Shown here: positions 26,386 through 34,967 of the stretch, in pieces
Layout of the letters: each line of letters begins with the position of its first letter
Position numbering within the stretch: the stretch's first letter is position 1
From: Candidatus Omnitrophota bacterium
Lineage (GTDB): Bacteria; Omnitrophota; Gorgyraeia; Aquiviventales; Aquiviventaceae
Length of the DNA stretch: 64,000 bases
Reading direction: 5' to 3'
Assembly (NCBI GenBank): GCA_016198905.1
Contig: JACQHR010000041.1
Span: 15,434 to 79,433, forward strand
The notes under the pieces: generated by a model
Seen by the model: the letters and a program-made list of their open reading frames with translations, nothing else
Database searches by the model: none
Told to the model about the DNA's origin: nothing
Position numbers and translations under genes: made by a program

Positions 26386-27420
26386 TTAGAATTGCTCTAG
26401 AAACCGCAAGTCGTTCTCGAAGAACAAGCGGATGTCCTTGATGCCGTGCTTCAGCATGGCGATCCGTTCCACACCCATCCCGAAGGCAAAGCCTTGCACC
26501 TTGGCCGGATCGTAGCCGACGGCTTTGAAGACGTGCGGATGCACCATCCCGCAGCCCATGATCTCGATCCAGCCTTTGCGCCCGCACGTCGAGCAGCCGG
26601 TTCCGTCACATGAGGCGCACGCGATGTCGACTTCCGCCGAGGGTTCTGTAAATGGAAAGAAGTGCGGACGAAACCGCGTCTTGGTCGCCGGGCCGAACAG
26701 CGCCTTGAGAAACGCATCGAGAACGCCTTTCAGATGCGCAAAGGTGATGCGCGAGTCGACCATGAGTCCCTCCACCTGATGAAACATGAAGCTGTGGCTG
26801 GGGTCGAGCGGATCCGGGCGATACACTTTGCCGGGGACGACGATGCGCAGCGGAGGCCGGCATCGTTCCATCATGCGGATCTGCACCGGCGAGGTATGGC
26901 TGCGCAACAGCAGTCGGCCTTTGGCCGGATCCGGCGAGGGCAGATCGACGAAAAACGTATCGAAGGATTCTCGCGAGGGATGATCCTTGGGGATATTGAG
27001 CGCATCGAAGTTGTAGTACTCGAACTCCATCTCCGGGCCTTCGACGATTTCAAATCCCATTGGCGTGAAGACGGCCAGGATGGCTTCGATGGTCTGCGTG
27101 ATGGGGTGCAACCGCCCGTGGGCGACGGCGCTGCCCGGGAGGGTCACATCGAGGGGTGCAGCCACTGGAGCGGCGGCCAGTGCGTCGCGCCGCTGGGCGA
27201 GGCAAGTTTCGATGGCCGCCTTGAACTGGTTGGCGTGCTTGCCGGTCTGCGCGCGTTCCTCCGATGAGAGCGTCGGGAGGGAGCGCATGATCTCGGTGAG
27301 CCGGCTCTTGCGTCCGAGGAATGTGACGCGCACGTGCTCGAGTGCGTCTGGCGAGGCCGCCTGATTGATTAGGGCGACCGCTTCTGAGAGGAGCTGTTCC
27401 AGCTCAGCGGTCGGTGTCAT
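26386..27420 (-). CDS. pheS: phenylalanine--tRNA ligase alpha subunit
   Basis: HPITQT, class II motifs FRPHFFPFTEPSAEVD and GMGVERIAML. Confidence 0.95.
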   Translation of the reverse strand: MTPTAELEQLLSEAVALINQAASPDALEHVRVTFLGRKSRLTEIMRSLPTLSSEERAQTGKHANQFKAAIETCLAQRRDALAAAPVAAPLDVTLPGSAVAHGRLHPITQTIEAILAVFTPMGFEIVEGPEMEFEYYNFDALNIPKDHPSRESFDTFFVDLPSPDPAKGRLLLRSHTSPVQIRMMERCRPPLRIVVPGKVYRPDPLDPSHSFMFHQVEGLMVDSRITFAHLKGVLDAFLKALFGPATKTRFRPHFFPFTEPSAEVDIACASCDGTGCSTCGRKGWIEIMGCGMVHPHVFKAVGYDPAKVQGFAFGMGVERIAMLKHGIKDIRLFFENDLRFLEQF

Positions 27421-27463
27421 GCAGGGCTCGTCGCGCGGGCGAAAAGGCCGTCAGCCGTATGGC

Positions 27464-27814
27464 TTATGCGCTCGTCACTTGGGCGACGAGCTGGTCAAAC
27501 GCGCCTTGATCATTAATCGCCAGCTCGGAAAGCTGCTTGCGATTGAGTTGCACATGCGCCTTGCGACACGCGGACATGAATCGGCTATACGTCAGGCCGC
27601 GCGCTCGCGTCGCCGCGTTGAGGCGGATCACCCACAAGTTGCGATACTCGCGTTTCTTCACCTTGCGGTCGCGGGTGCGATAGACCTTGGCCCGCAGGAC
27701 CGTTTCTTTCGCTTTCAGCAGATGCAACCGGCGTGCGCCTCGATACCCTTTGGCCTGCTTGAGCAATCGCTTGCGCCGCTTGCGCGCCGCGACGGCCCAC
27801 TTCACTTTTGCCAT
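27464..27814 (-). CDS. rplT: 50S ribosomal protein L20
   Basis: MAKVKWAVAARKRRKRLLKQAKGYRGARRRL...YRDRKVKKREYRNLWVIRLNAA. Confidence 0.95.
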   Translation of the reverse strand: MAKVKWAVAARKRRKRLLKQAKGYRGARRLHLLKAKETVLRAKVYRTRDRKVKKREYRNLWVIRLNAATRARGLTYSRFMSACRKAHVQLNRKQLSELAINDQGAFDQLVAQVTSA

Positions 27815-27843
27815 TGTTTTGTCCTCCTCGCTCGCTGAATGCT

Positions 27844-27872
27844 GTCACATGGCCACACGGTCACGTGGCCAT
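27844..27872. repeat. REP-like palindromic element, copy C
   Basis: gtcacatggccacacggtcacgtggccat. An 8-bp stem atggccac/gtggccat flanks the loop acggtcac. It sits in the rpmI-rplT intercistronic gap. Confidence 0.6.
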
Positions 27873-27882
27873 TCCTCTTCAG

Positions 27883-28092
27883 TTACGCATACGGGATGAG
27901 CGTCTTGATCTTGCGCTGGTCGACGAATGCCACGAGCTGCGCCCGACGCAAGTGGCGCTTGAGTTTCGCGCGCTTGCCGTGCAGCAGGTGGCGGCGTCCT
28001 GCGCGGTGGCCGAGCAGTTTGCCGGTCCCAGTCACTTTGAGCCGCGCCTTCACGCCTTTCACCGTCTTGAGTTTGAACCGTCCTTTAGCCAT
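27883..28092 (-). CDS. rpmI: 50S ribosomal protein L35
   Basis: MAKGRFKLKTVKGVKARLKVTGTGKLLGHRAGRRHLL. Lies in the infC-rpmI-rplT order. Confidence 0.9.
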   Translation of the reverse strand: MAKGRFKLKTVKGVKARLKVTGTGKLLGHRAGRRHLLHGKRAKLKRHLRRAQLVAFVDQRKIKTLIPYA

Positions 28093-28747
28093 TGGAGGCT
28101 CCTTCTGCTGGGGTGGATGTCGCTGTCGTCGTGCCGCTTGCCGGCGAAGCGCTTGGCCCTTGCGCCTTGGCGGCCTTGTCGGCGCGGCTCGCGCCGGATT
28201 TGGCCTTGCGCGCCTCTTCCCGTTCCAAACGCTTGATCTTGTCGCGATCCGGGCCGAAGACCATCGTCATGAACCGTCCGTCGAGCATCGGCGTGCGCTC
28301 GACTTTGCTGATGGGCTGCAGATCGCCGATGAGGCGCTCGAGGATCCTGCGTCCCAGCTCCGTGTGCGCCAGCTCGCGGCCGCGATAGACCATCGTCACT
28401 TTCGCTTGATCGCCGCGCATGAGGAAGCGCGTGAGCATGCCGAGCTTGACCTTATAATCGTGCTCCTCGATGTGCGGCTTGAACTTCACTTCCTTGAGCT
28501 TCGCAACATGGTGCTTCTTTTTGGCTTCGCGTTCGCGCCGCTGCTCCTCGTAGCGGAACTTGTTGAAATCCATGATGCGGCACACCGGAGGGCTGACGAG
28601 CGGGGCGACTTCGACGAGGTCCAAGCCTTGCTCGCGCGCCAGGCGCAGCGCGTCGAGCGGCACCATGACACCGAGCTGCGCGCCATCCGCGCCGATGACC
28701 CGAACCTGACTGATCCGAATGCGCTCATTCACCCGCAACTGTTTCAC
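28085..28747 (-). CDS. infC: translation initiation factor IF-3 with an A/S/T-rich C-terminal tail
   Basis: NERIRISQVRVIGADGAQLGVM...LAREQGLDLVEVAP. GTG start preceded by AGGAGGAAGGG. Confidence 0.9.
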   Translation of the reverse strand: MKQLRVNERIRISQVRVIGADGAQLGVMVPLDALRLAREQGLDLVEVAPLVSPPVCRIMDFNKFRYEEQRREREAKKKHHVAKLKEVKFKPHIEEHDYKVKLGMLTRFLMRGDQAKVTMVYRGRELAHTELGRRILERLIGDLQPISKVERTPMLDGRFMTMVFGPDRDKIKRLEREEARKAKSGASRADKAAKAQGPSASPASGTTTATSTPAEGASNG

Positions 28748-28774
28748 GCTCGCCCTTCCTCCTGTGTGGAGCCG

Positions 28775-30532
28775 CTACGTCGCTCGTCGGCTCGCCGCTT
28801 CTTCGAGCACCCGATCCCCGAACGGCCCAAGGCCCATGGCGCCGAGGTCGCCGTCCTTGCGGTGACGCACCGCGACCGCGCCGGCTTGCGCTTCCCGCTC
28901 GCCGACAACGGCCATGTAGGGGATTTTCTGCAATTGGGCATCGCGAATCTTCGCCTGCATTTTTTCGTTGCGCTCGTCGCATTGCACGCGAAGGCCGCGC
29001 TGTTGCAGCGTCGACGCCACGGTTTTCGCGTAGTCCAGCACGCGGTCGCCGATAGGAATCACGACCACCTGCACGGGCGACAGCCACACGGGCAGTGCGC
29101 CCGCGTAGTGCTCGAGGAGCATGCCAAGGAACCGCTCGAGGCTGCCCAAGAGCGCGCGATGCACCATGATGGGCCGGTGCACCTTGCCATCCTGTCCGGC
29201 ATAGGTTAAGTCAAACCGTTCCGGCAAATTAAAATCGCACTGGATCGTGCCGCATTGCCAGCTGCGCCCAATCGCATCTTTGATTTTGATGTCGATCTTT
29301 GGGCCGTAAAACGCTCCTTCGCCTTCGTGGACGGTGTAGGGCAGCTTCCGCGCCTCCAGGGCTTGGCGTAACGCGGCCTCGGCATGATTCCACGCGTCGA
29401 GCTGGCCGATGTATTTTTCGGGGCGAGTCGACAGCTCAATGTCCCAGTCCGTAAAGCCGTACGCGCGCACCACCTCGAACTCGAAATCAATGATCCGCTC
29501 GATTTCCTCGACGAGCTGATCTTCGCGCAGAAAGATGTGCGCGTCGTCTTGCGTAAACCCGCGTACCCGCAAGAGGCCGTGCAGCACGCCGGATTTTTCG
29601 TTGCGGTACACCGTGCCGAGCTCGAAGAAGCGCAGCGGCAGCTCCCGGTAGCTGCGGGTTTTGCTCGCATAAATCAAGATGTGGCCGGGGCAATTCATGG
29701 GCTTGAGCCCGAATGACTGCTCCTCGGCCTCGAAGAGAAACATGTAGTCCTTGTAGTACTCGAGGTGCCCGGAGCGCTGCCACATGTCCGTGCGAAACAT
29801 GTGCGGGGTCGCCACGAAATCGTAGCCTCGTTCAAGATGGCGGCGCTTCAAGTCCTCCTCGATGAGGTGGCGCACCAACGCCCCTTTCGGATGATAGAAC
29901 ACCACTCCAGGGCCGGCGAGGTCCTGGAAACTAAAGAGCTCCAGCTCGGTGCCGAGCCGCCGATGATCCCGGCGTTTCGCTTCTTCGAGTCGATGGAGAT
30001 ACGCGTCGAGCTCGGCTGTGGTTGAAAACGCCGTGCCGTAAATGCGCTGCAGCTGCGTGTTGTGCTCATCACCGCGCCAGTACGCCCCGGCGACGCTGAG
30101 GAGTTTGATGGCCTTGACGTCGCCGGTGGATGGGACGTGCGGCCCTTCACAGAGATCGGCAAATTCCCCATCGGTATAGAGCGAGACATTGCCATCGGCA
30201 ATCCCCTCGGCGATCTCCAGCTTATACCGCTCGCCCTGCTGCTGGAACAGTTTCATCGCCTCGTCTCGCGGCATGAAGGATTGTCGAAACGCGTGGTGTT
30301 CCTTGATGATCTTCGCCATTTCGGCTTCGATCTTCGGCAGATCCTCGTCGGTCAGTTTCGTGGGCAGGTCCAGGTCGTAGTAAAACCCGTCTTCGATCGG
30401 CGGGCCGATGGCCAGCTTCACGTTCGGATAGAGCCGCCGCACCGCTTGCGCCATGATGTGCGCCGCGCTGTGCCGCAAGGCGTACAGCGGGTCTTTCACT
30501 TTGAGTTCGTCAGATTTCCCTGCGTGGCCCAT
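28775..30532 (-). CDS. thrS: threonine--tRNA ligase lacking the N-terminal TGS domain
   Basis: RHSAAHIMAQAV editing-domain motif near the N-terminus. Class II core FRNEKSGVLHGLLRVRGFTQDDAHIF. 585 aa. Confidence 0.9.
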   Translation of the reverse strand: MGHAGKSDELKVKDPLYALRHSAAHIMAQAVRRLYPNVKLAIGPPIEDGFYYDLDLPTKLTDEDLPKIEAEMAKIIKEHHAFRQSFMPRDEAMKLFQQQGERYKLEIAEGIADGNVSLYTDGEFADLCEGPHVPSTGDVKAIKLLSVAGAYWRGDEHNTQLQRIYGTAFSTTAELDAYLHRLEEAKRRDHRRLGTELELFSFQDLAGPGVVFYHPKGALVRHLIEEDLKRRHLERGYDFVATPHMFRTDMWQRSGHLEYYKDYMFLFEAEEQSFGLKPMNCPGHILIYASKTRSYRELPLRFFELGTVYRNEKSGVLHGLLRVRGFTQDDAHIFLREDQLVEEIERIIDFEFEVVRAYGFTDWDIELSTRPEKYIGQLDAWNHAEAALRQALEARKLPYTVHEGEGAFYGPKIDIKIKDAIGRSWQCGTIQCDFNLPERFDLTYAGQDGKVHRPIMVHRALLGSLERFLGMLLEHYAGALPVWLSPVQVVVIPIGDRVLDYAKTVASTLQQRGLRVQCDERNEKMQAKIRDAQLQKIPYMAVVGEREAQAGAVAVRHRKDGDLGAMGLGPFGDRVLEEAASRRAT

Positions 30533-30534
30533 TG

Positions 30535-31197
30535 TTAGAAGTACACGTTCCCTGCTGCATCGATCCAGAACGTCCGCCGCTTCGCAAAAACCAGGGTGTC
30601 GGTCGAGGCTACGTCATCCTCATTATCGAGCACCATAGATCCTTCGCGGGTCTCGCGGCGCTCTGTGGTCCGGACTGTGCGATGTCCGTCTGCTTGAGGT
30701 GTCTCGACCGTCGTGCGCTGCGCCGTGGTTTCCCGCCACGGGCTGCGATAGCCAACCACAATGTCGCCATCGCGGACCGTATACGTCGTCCCTGGCTCAA
30801 CGTACGGCACCGTCACGACAAACAGCCTCCTCGTCCCCAGCACCCAAAGTGAATCGCCGCGCCACTCACGCCACTCAATCGTTGCATGCGTCCAAAGAAG
30901 CTCCTGTTGGGCCGCCTCAGGCATGTGTCGCTGCAGGGCTTGGCGAATCGCTTCGCCGTGCTCCTCGAACCGCTGACGAAGCAGGTCGACGGAATCGACT
31001 GCGCCAACGGCTACCTGCAGCGGCCTCGCTTCACCCGTCGGCGGCGTCGCCATCGCCGGTGGCCCGATCACGCTTTGTGCCGCGAACAGCGTAATCGAAA
31101 CTAGCGACGGCCTGAGTCCGCCGTGCGCGGCATAACGCTGCTGTACGTGCACCACGTGCGTCACTTCTAGTTTCTTAGTCGATCCGGCAGGCCCCAT
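30535..31197 (-). CDS. hypothetical exported protein
   Basis: Signal-like LRPSLVSITLFAAQSVIGPPAMA. No recognisable domain. The start is uncertain and overlaps the upstream ORF. Confidence 0.4.
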   Translation of the reverse strand: MGPAGSTKKLEVTHVVHVQQRYAAHGGLRPSLVSITLFAAQSVIGPPAMATPPTGEARPLQVAVGAVDSVDLLRQRFEEHGEAIRQALQRHMPEAAQQELLWTHATIEWREWRGDSLWVLGTRRLFVVTVPYVEPGTTYTVRDGDIVVGYRSPWRETTAQRTTVETPQADGHRTVRTTERRETREGSMVLDNEDDVASTDTLVFAKRRTFWIDAAGNVYF

Positions 31198-31532
31198 GCT
31201 GGCACCAGGTCACCTTCGTCCGTCAACACGCTGTGCCCCGATCCAGACATTCCGTCAGCCAGCAGGCCACTCCCGCGACCTGACACTATTTTGGCAAGTT
31301 CAGTCTGCCCCTGGCCGCGGACGAGCGAATTCACGTATTCCGCTGGAATCGTAAACGGATCCTCATGAGGATTCAGCTTCGTGTACGTGCTCTCGCTCCA
31401 CGATCGCCCGGGGATACCATGCCTCTTCAACCAATAGTGGACTGTCGCGTGGGTCGTCCGGAGCCTTTGCGAGATCTCCATCATGGAGAGATGCCGCCGG
31501 CAATATAAGTCTTCAAGTTGTGTTTTGATCAT
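31167..31532 (-). CDS. helix-turn-helix domain protein
   Basis: LYCRRHLSMMEISQRLRTTHATVHYWLKRHGIPGR has the pattern of a sigma-r4/HTH DNA-binding module. The remainder is unassigned. Confidence 0.5.
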   Translation of the reverse strand: MIKTQLEDLYCRRHLSMMEISQRLRTTHATVHYWLKRHGIPGRSWSESTYTKLNPHEDPFTIPAEYVNSLVRGQGQTELAKIVSGRGSGLLADGMSGSGHSVLTDEGDLVPAWGLPDRLRN

Positions 31533-31544
31533 GAGTGTAAATAA

Positions 31545-31618
31545 TGGGCGGTAGAGGATTCGAACCTCTGGCCTTCACTATGTCAAAGTGACGCTCTAAC
31601 CAACTGAGCTAACCGCCC
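31545..31618 (-). tRNA. tRNA-Val (anticodon GAC)
   Basis: The reverse complement folds as a cloverleaf: acceptor GGGCGGT/ACCGCCC, anticodon arm TCACT-TTGACAT-AGTGA, T arm AGAGG-TTCGAAT-CCTCT. Confidence 0.9.
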
Positions 31619-31656
31619 GTGCTGCGGTGTGCTTCGATACCCGCGAGAACAGAACA

Positions 31657-31742
31657 TGCCGGGGGTGGGACTCGAACCCACACGTCCCTTTCGGGACAAG
31701 AGATTTTAAGTCTCTCGCGGATGCCAGTTTCGCCACCCCGGC
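31657..31742 (-). tRNA. tRNA-Leu (anticodon TAA)
   Basis: Acceptor GCCGGGG/CCCCGGC, anticodon arm AGAGA-CTTAAAA-TCTCT, long variable arm GTCCC-GAAA-GGGAC, T loop TTCGAGT. Confidence 0.9.
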
Positions 31743-31772
31743 GCATCTGGCGTATGCCTCGATGAAGTGACG

Positions 31773-31844
31773 AGGCGCGGATCGGAATCGAACCGATGTA
31801 TAAGGGTTTTGCAGACCCTCGCCTTACCACTTGGCTACCGCGCC
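31773..31844 (-). tRNA. tRNA-Cys (anticodon GCA)
   Basis: Acceptor GGCGCGG/CCGCGCC, anticodon arm AGGGT-CTGCAAA-ACCCT, T arm ATCGG-TTCGATT-CCGAT, discriminator U. Confidence 0.9.
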
Positions 31845-31967
31845 GTCGCGCACGAGCGGCTGCGCCGTTGTGCGAGTCGCATCCTGATGCTTGTGTGCGC
31901 ACCGATGACAGATCCGCCAACGCGGGAATACGGGGGAGCCTCTGCACATGGCGCGTGGTGGAAACGC

Positions 31968-32432
31968 TTACGGCTTGGCGGCCGACTTTGTCTTGGGCTC
32001 AAAGTCGACCTGTCCACCAACGCGAAGGATGTTCACGCCGTCGGGGTGGTTGCCGTCCTTATCCTGCGCAAGGGCTTCGGTGGAACGACTCGCAGGAGAC
32101 AGGCCGGCTTGGTAGTCGTAATCGCCTCCCGCCCCGGATGCCGGCACCGGATGCGCGGACGATGGGCACTTGAAGACCTGCAGGTCGTCGATGTAGTTGT
32201 CGTAGAGCGCGTCAAGCGAATCGGGATACTGCTCGTTGTGGTCTTCTCGATACGCAGAGATCGCGTAATAGAGTTGCTTCAGGTTGTTTTGACACTTCGA
32301 GCGGCGCGCCTTTTCGCGCATCTTCATCGCGCCGGGCGCCAAAAACCCCACCAAGATGCCGATGATCGCGATGACCACCAGCAACTCGATGAGGGTAAAC
32401 CCTGTTGCGACTCGTCGCCAATGCCACTTCAT
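31968..32432 (-). CDS. prepilin-type N-terminal cleavage/methylation domain protein (type II secretion/pseudopilin-like)
   Basis: [21 protein letters not shown] class III signal. C-terminal [16 protein letters not shown] resembles the H-X9-DG motif. Confidence 0.8.
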   Translation of the reverse strand: MKWHWRRVATGFTLIELLVVIAIIGILVGFLAPGAMKMREKARRSKCQNNLKQLYYAISAYREDHNEQYPDSLDALYDNYIDDLQVFKCPSSAHPVPASGAGGDYDYQAGLSPASRSTEALAQDKDGNHPDGVNILRVGGQVDFEPKTKSAAKP

Positions 32433-33097
32433 CGATGCGCCCTGAGGCTGGCTTGACCGTACCAGAGCCCTTCTACTTTGTCAAGGAGCACCCGTGCAAT
32501 GGCGGGCTTGGCGCACCGTCCCAGCGGCGTCACCACGCCGTTTCGTTCCACCAGCCAGGCGCGCACGCGCGTGCGCCCAAACGGCGTCTGGCGCGCGCTC
32601 GCGGCTTGGGCGAGGATGACGTCCAACCGCTTGGTGCGAAGCTTCCGTACCGCACGTGCGAGCACCGATCCTGTTTCCAAGGCAAACCCCACGATCAGCT
32701 GTCCTTTGTGTCTGGGCAATCCGCCTACAATGTCCGGCGTGGCGGTGAGCCGCAACGTGTGCGTCCGCGCCCGCGGCAATTTCCGTGCGGCTCGTCGTAC
32801 CGGCCGGAAATCGGCGATTGCGGCCGCCATCATGACCACGTCCGCGCGCGGAGCCCGTCGCTGAAGCGCGTGCGCCATGTCTTGCGCCCGCTCAACGGGG
32901 ATGACGCGCGCGCCGGCCGGCATCGGTTCCCTGACGGGCCCGGTCACCACGGTGACCCGGTGGCCGCGCGCCAACGCCTGGGTCGCGAGCTGCGCGCCCA
33001 TGTACCCGGTCGAATAGTTTGAGAGAAAGCGCACCGGATCGATGGGCTCGCGCGTTGGGCCGGCGCTGATGAGCACCCGCAGCGGTCGCCGGCGCAT
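32429..33097 (-). CDS. coaB: phosphopantothenate--cysteine ligase (CoaB), encoded separately
   Basis: [34 protein letters not shown] is the canonical CoaB motif. The start lies 20 nt after the coaC stop. Confidence 0.8.
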   Translation of the reverse strand: MRRRPLRVLISAGPTREPIDPVRFLSNYSTGYMGAQLATQALARGHRVTVVTGPVREPMPAGARVIPVERAQDMAHALQRRAPRADVVMMAAAIADFRPVRRAARKLPRARTHTLRLTATPDIVGGLPRHKGQLIVGFALETGSVLARAVRKLRTKRLDVILAQAASARQTPFGRTRVRAWLVERNGVVTPLGRCAKPAIARVLLDKVEGLWYGQASLRAHR

Positions 33098-33117
33098 CGC
33101 AACACGCACGGCTCTCG

Positions 33118-33753
33118 TTAGCGTTTTCTCGTAGGCCGTTTCGCCGCCCGGCGCGCCGGCCTGGACTTCGCCTTCGGGGTCGCCGCGGCGGCGGGCCCCG
33201 TGGGCGCGCCGACGACGGGGACCAGCTGCTTGACCGCCCGGACAATCTCTTCGGGCTCGGACAAGTGTCCGATGGCCTCGTAGCCGCAGGCGAGCTTGCC
33301 GACATCCGGTCCGACGAAGCGCACTCCAAGTCGTTTGAGGGTCGTCACGTTGCGCTGGACGGTCGGGTGCTGCCACATGTGCACGTTCATCGCCGGCGCA
33401 AAGAGGATCTTCGCGCGCGTCGCGAGCAGGATGCAGGAGAGCAGGTCATCCGCGAGGCCGTTGGCGAACTTCGCGATGATGTTCGCCGTCGCCGGTGCCA
33501 CGAGAACGACGCGCGCGTGGTCTGCTAGCGTCGTGTGCAGGATGTGCGGGCCCTCCAAATCGAAGAGGTCCGTATAGACTTTGCGGTCAGACAGCGCTTG
33601 CAGCGAGACGGGCGTCATGAATTTGGTGGCCCGATGCGTCAGCACGCACGTGACCCCATAGCCGGCATCGCGCAGGTGCCGCACGAGGTCTCCCGCCTTA
33701 TACGCGCCAATCGATCCTGTAACCCCAAGGACGATCTCCGGTGCGTTGGTCAT
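33118..33753 (-). CDS. coaC: phosphopantothenoylcysteine decarboxylase flavoprotein (CoaC), encoded separately
   Basis: VLGVTGSIGAYKAGDLVRHL and PAMNVHMW motifs. Basic low-complexity C-terminal tail. Confidence 0.85.
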   Translation of the reverse strand: MTNAPEIVLGVTGSIGAYKAGDLVRHLRDAGYGVTCVLTHRATKFMTPVSLQALSDRKVYTDLFDLEGPHILHTTLADHARVVLVAPATANIIAKFANGLADDLLSCILLATRAKILFAPAMNVHMWQHPTVQRNVTTLKRLGVRFVGPDVGKLACGYEAIGHLSEPEEIVRAVKQLVPVVGAPTGPAAAATPKAKSRPARRAAKRPTRKR

Positions 33754-34014
33754 TTAACTTGTCCTCTTCTTTCCCTCTTTGCCTTTCGCTCCACGCTCTT
33801 TCTTGCCCGCGTGCGCTGCCTCATTCGCCTTGTAGAGGACTTTACCTTGAAGAATTTCGTCGAGCGCGACCGAGGTGACTTTGCGGTGAGGCGTTTCCAC
33901 CAACGCCGGCGAGCCCTGCGCCAGTTCCTTGGCACGCTTCGCGGCCAAGATCACCAATTTGTAGACGCTTCCGCACCGCTTGAGCAGTTCTTCAATTGGA
34001 ACTTGCGCCATCAC
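33754..34014 (-). CDS. rpoZ: DNA-directed RNA polymerase subunit omega
   Basis: VPIEELLKRCGSVYKLVILAAKRAKEL is the omega motif. Lys-rich tail. Confidence 0.85.
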   Translation of the reverse strand: MMAQVPIEELLKRCGSVYKLVILAAKRAKELAQGSPALVETPHRKVTSVALDEILQGKVLYKANEAAHAGKKERGAKGKEGKKRTS

Positions 34015-34691
34015 TGGGGTTCCCCTTTCGGTCTCCGGGCGATCGTCCGCGTTGGCGCCCGCTGGGCTGTACGAATAATCCGTGCGACACGTCGCACGGT
34101 GTGGTCGAGTCGATCGTTGACGACGGCGTAGTCATACCACGCCGCGCAGGCCATCTCGCGTCTCGCCGCGGCGAGTCGCCGTCGAATGGCCATGGGCGTT
34201 TCGGTGTTGCGCGCCGCCAGGCGCTGTCGCAGGTGTGTCATGGAGGGCGGCAGTAAAAAGATCAGCGCGGCCTGCGGACCGAGCGCACGGCGGATTTGCC
34301 GCGCGCCCTGCACATCGATGCTTAACACGATCGAGCCTCCTCGACGCAGGGTGTCGAGCACGCGGCGGCGCGGCGTTCCATACGAGGCCCCGTGCACCCG
34401 TGCCCACTCCAACAGTTGCCCCGACCGCTGCAAGCGCTGGAATGTCGCGCGCGAAACGAACCGGTAGTCGCGCCCTTTGCGTTCCCCGGAACGCGGCGTG
34501 CGCGTCGTCACGGACACCGACCGTGATAACTGCGGCATCATCCGCCGCAGCCGTTCCACCACGGTCGTTTTCCCTCCGCCCGACGGGCTGGAGATCACAA
34601 AGACCCGTCCCGGCGCCCGCGTGCGAGCGGCCGCGGGGATTGGCCGTGCCGCGCGCACGGCGCGACGACACTGAGTCGGTGACGCACTCAT
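34011..34691 (-). CDS. gmk: guanylate kinase
   Basis: VFVISSPSGGGKTTVVERL P-loop, then TTRTPRSGERKGRDYRFV. Confidence 0.9.
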   Translation of the reverse strand: MSASPTQCRRAVRAARPIPAAARTRAPGRVFVISSPSGGGKTTVVERLRRMMPQLSRSVSVTTRTPRSGERKGRDYRFVSRATFQRLQRSGQLLEWARVHGASYGTPRRRVLDTLRRGGSIVLSIDVQGARQIRRALGPQAALIFLLPPSMTHLRQRLAARNTETPMAIRRRLAAARREMACAAWYDYAVVNDRLDHTVRRVARIIRTAQRAPTRTIARRPKGEPQ

Positions 34692-34942
34692 CCGCCTTTC
34701 AACTCGAGCACGCGCTGCACCACCGTCTCAGGTTGTAGGCTGGACAGCACGATGTGATCCGAGTCCGTTACAATGACGGTGCGTGTGCGTCGCCCGTTCG
34801 TTGCATCGATCAGCTTCTGATGGCGGCTGGCGGCTTCCCGCAAGCGCTTGATCGGCGAGGGGTCGGCCGACACAACGGCGATGACCCGTTCCAGCGCGAT
34901 GGCATTGTCAAACCCGACATTGAGCAGCGTCGGAGCGCTCAT
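34688..34942 (-). CDS. remA: RemA/DUF370-family protein
   Basis: LLNVGFDNAIALERVIAVVSADPSPIKRL...LIDATNGRRTRTVIVTDSDHIVLSSLQPETV. Confidence 0.8.
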   Translation of the reverse strand: MSAPTLLNVGFDNAIALERVIAVVSADPSPIKRLREAASRHQKLIDATNGRRTRTVIVTDSDHIVLSSLQPETVVQRVLELKGG

Positions 34943-34967
34943 CCGTGATGGCTCGCAGGCATGCGGC

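Noticed and set aside
27839-29209. The 456-aa plus-strand ORF spanning rpmI, infC and thrS.
   Set aside because: It is antisense to three conserved translation genes. Its first codons (MLSHGHTVTWP) merely read through the REP-like palindrome.
31609-32456. ORFs 31609..31947 (-), 31767..32456 (+) and 31796..32173 (+).
   Set aside because: They read through three well-formed tRNA genes, or run antisense to the pseudopilin-like gene. They are not protein-coding.
33098-33376. The upstream part of the coaB reading frame (ORF 32429..33376), which overlaps coaC.
   Set aside because: The CoaB homology starts at [17 protein letters not shown] (33097). The upstream frame is open only because of GC-rich composition. 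The possibility of a true frameshifted fusion is kept as a finding rather than called a pseudogene.
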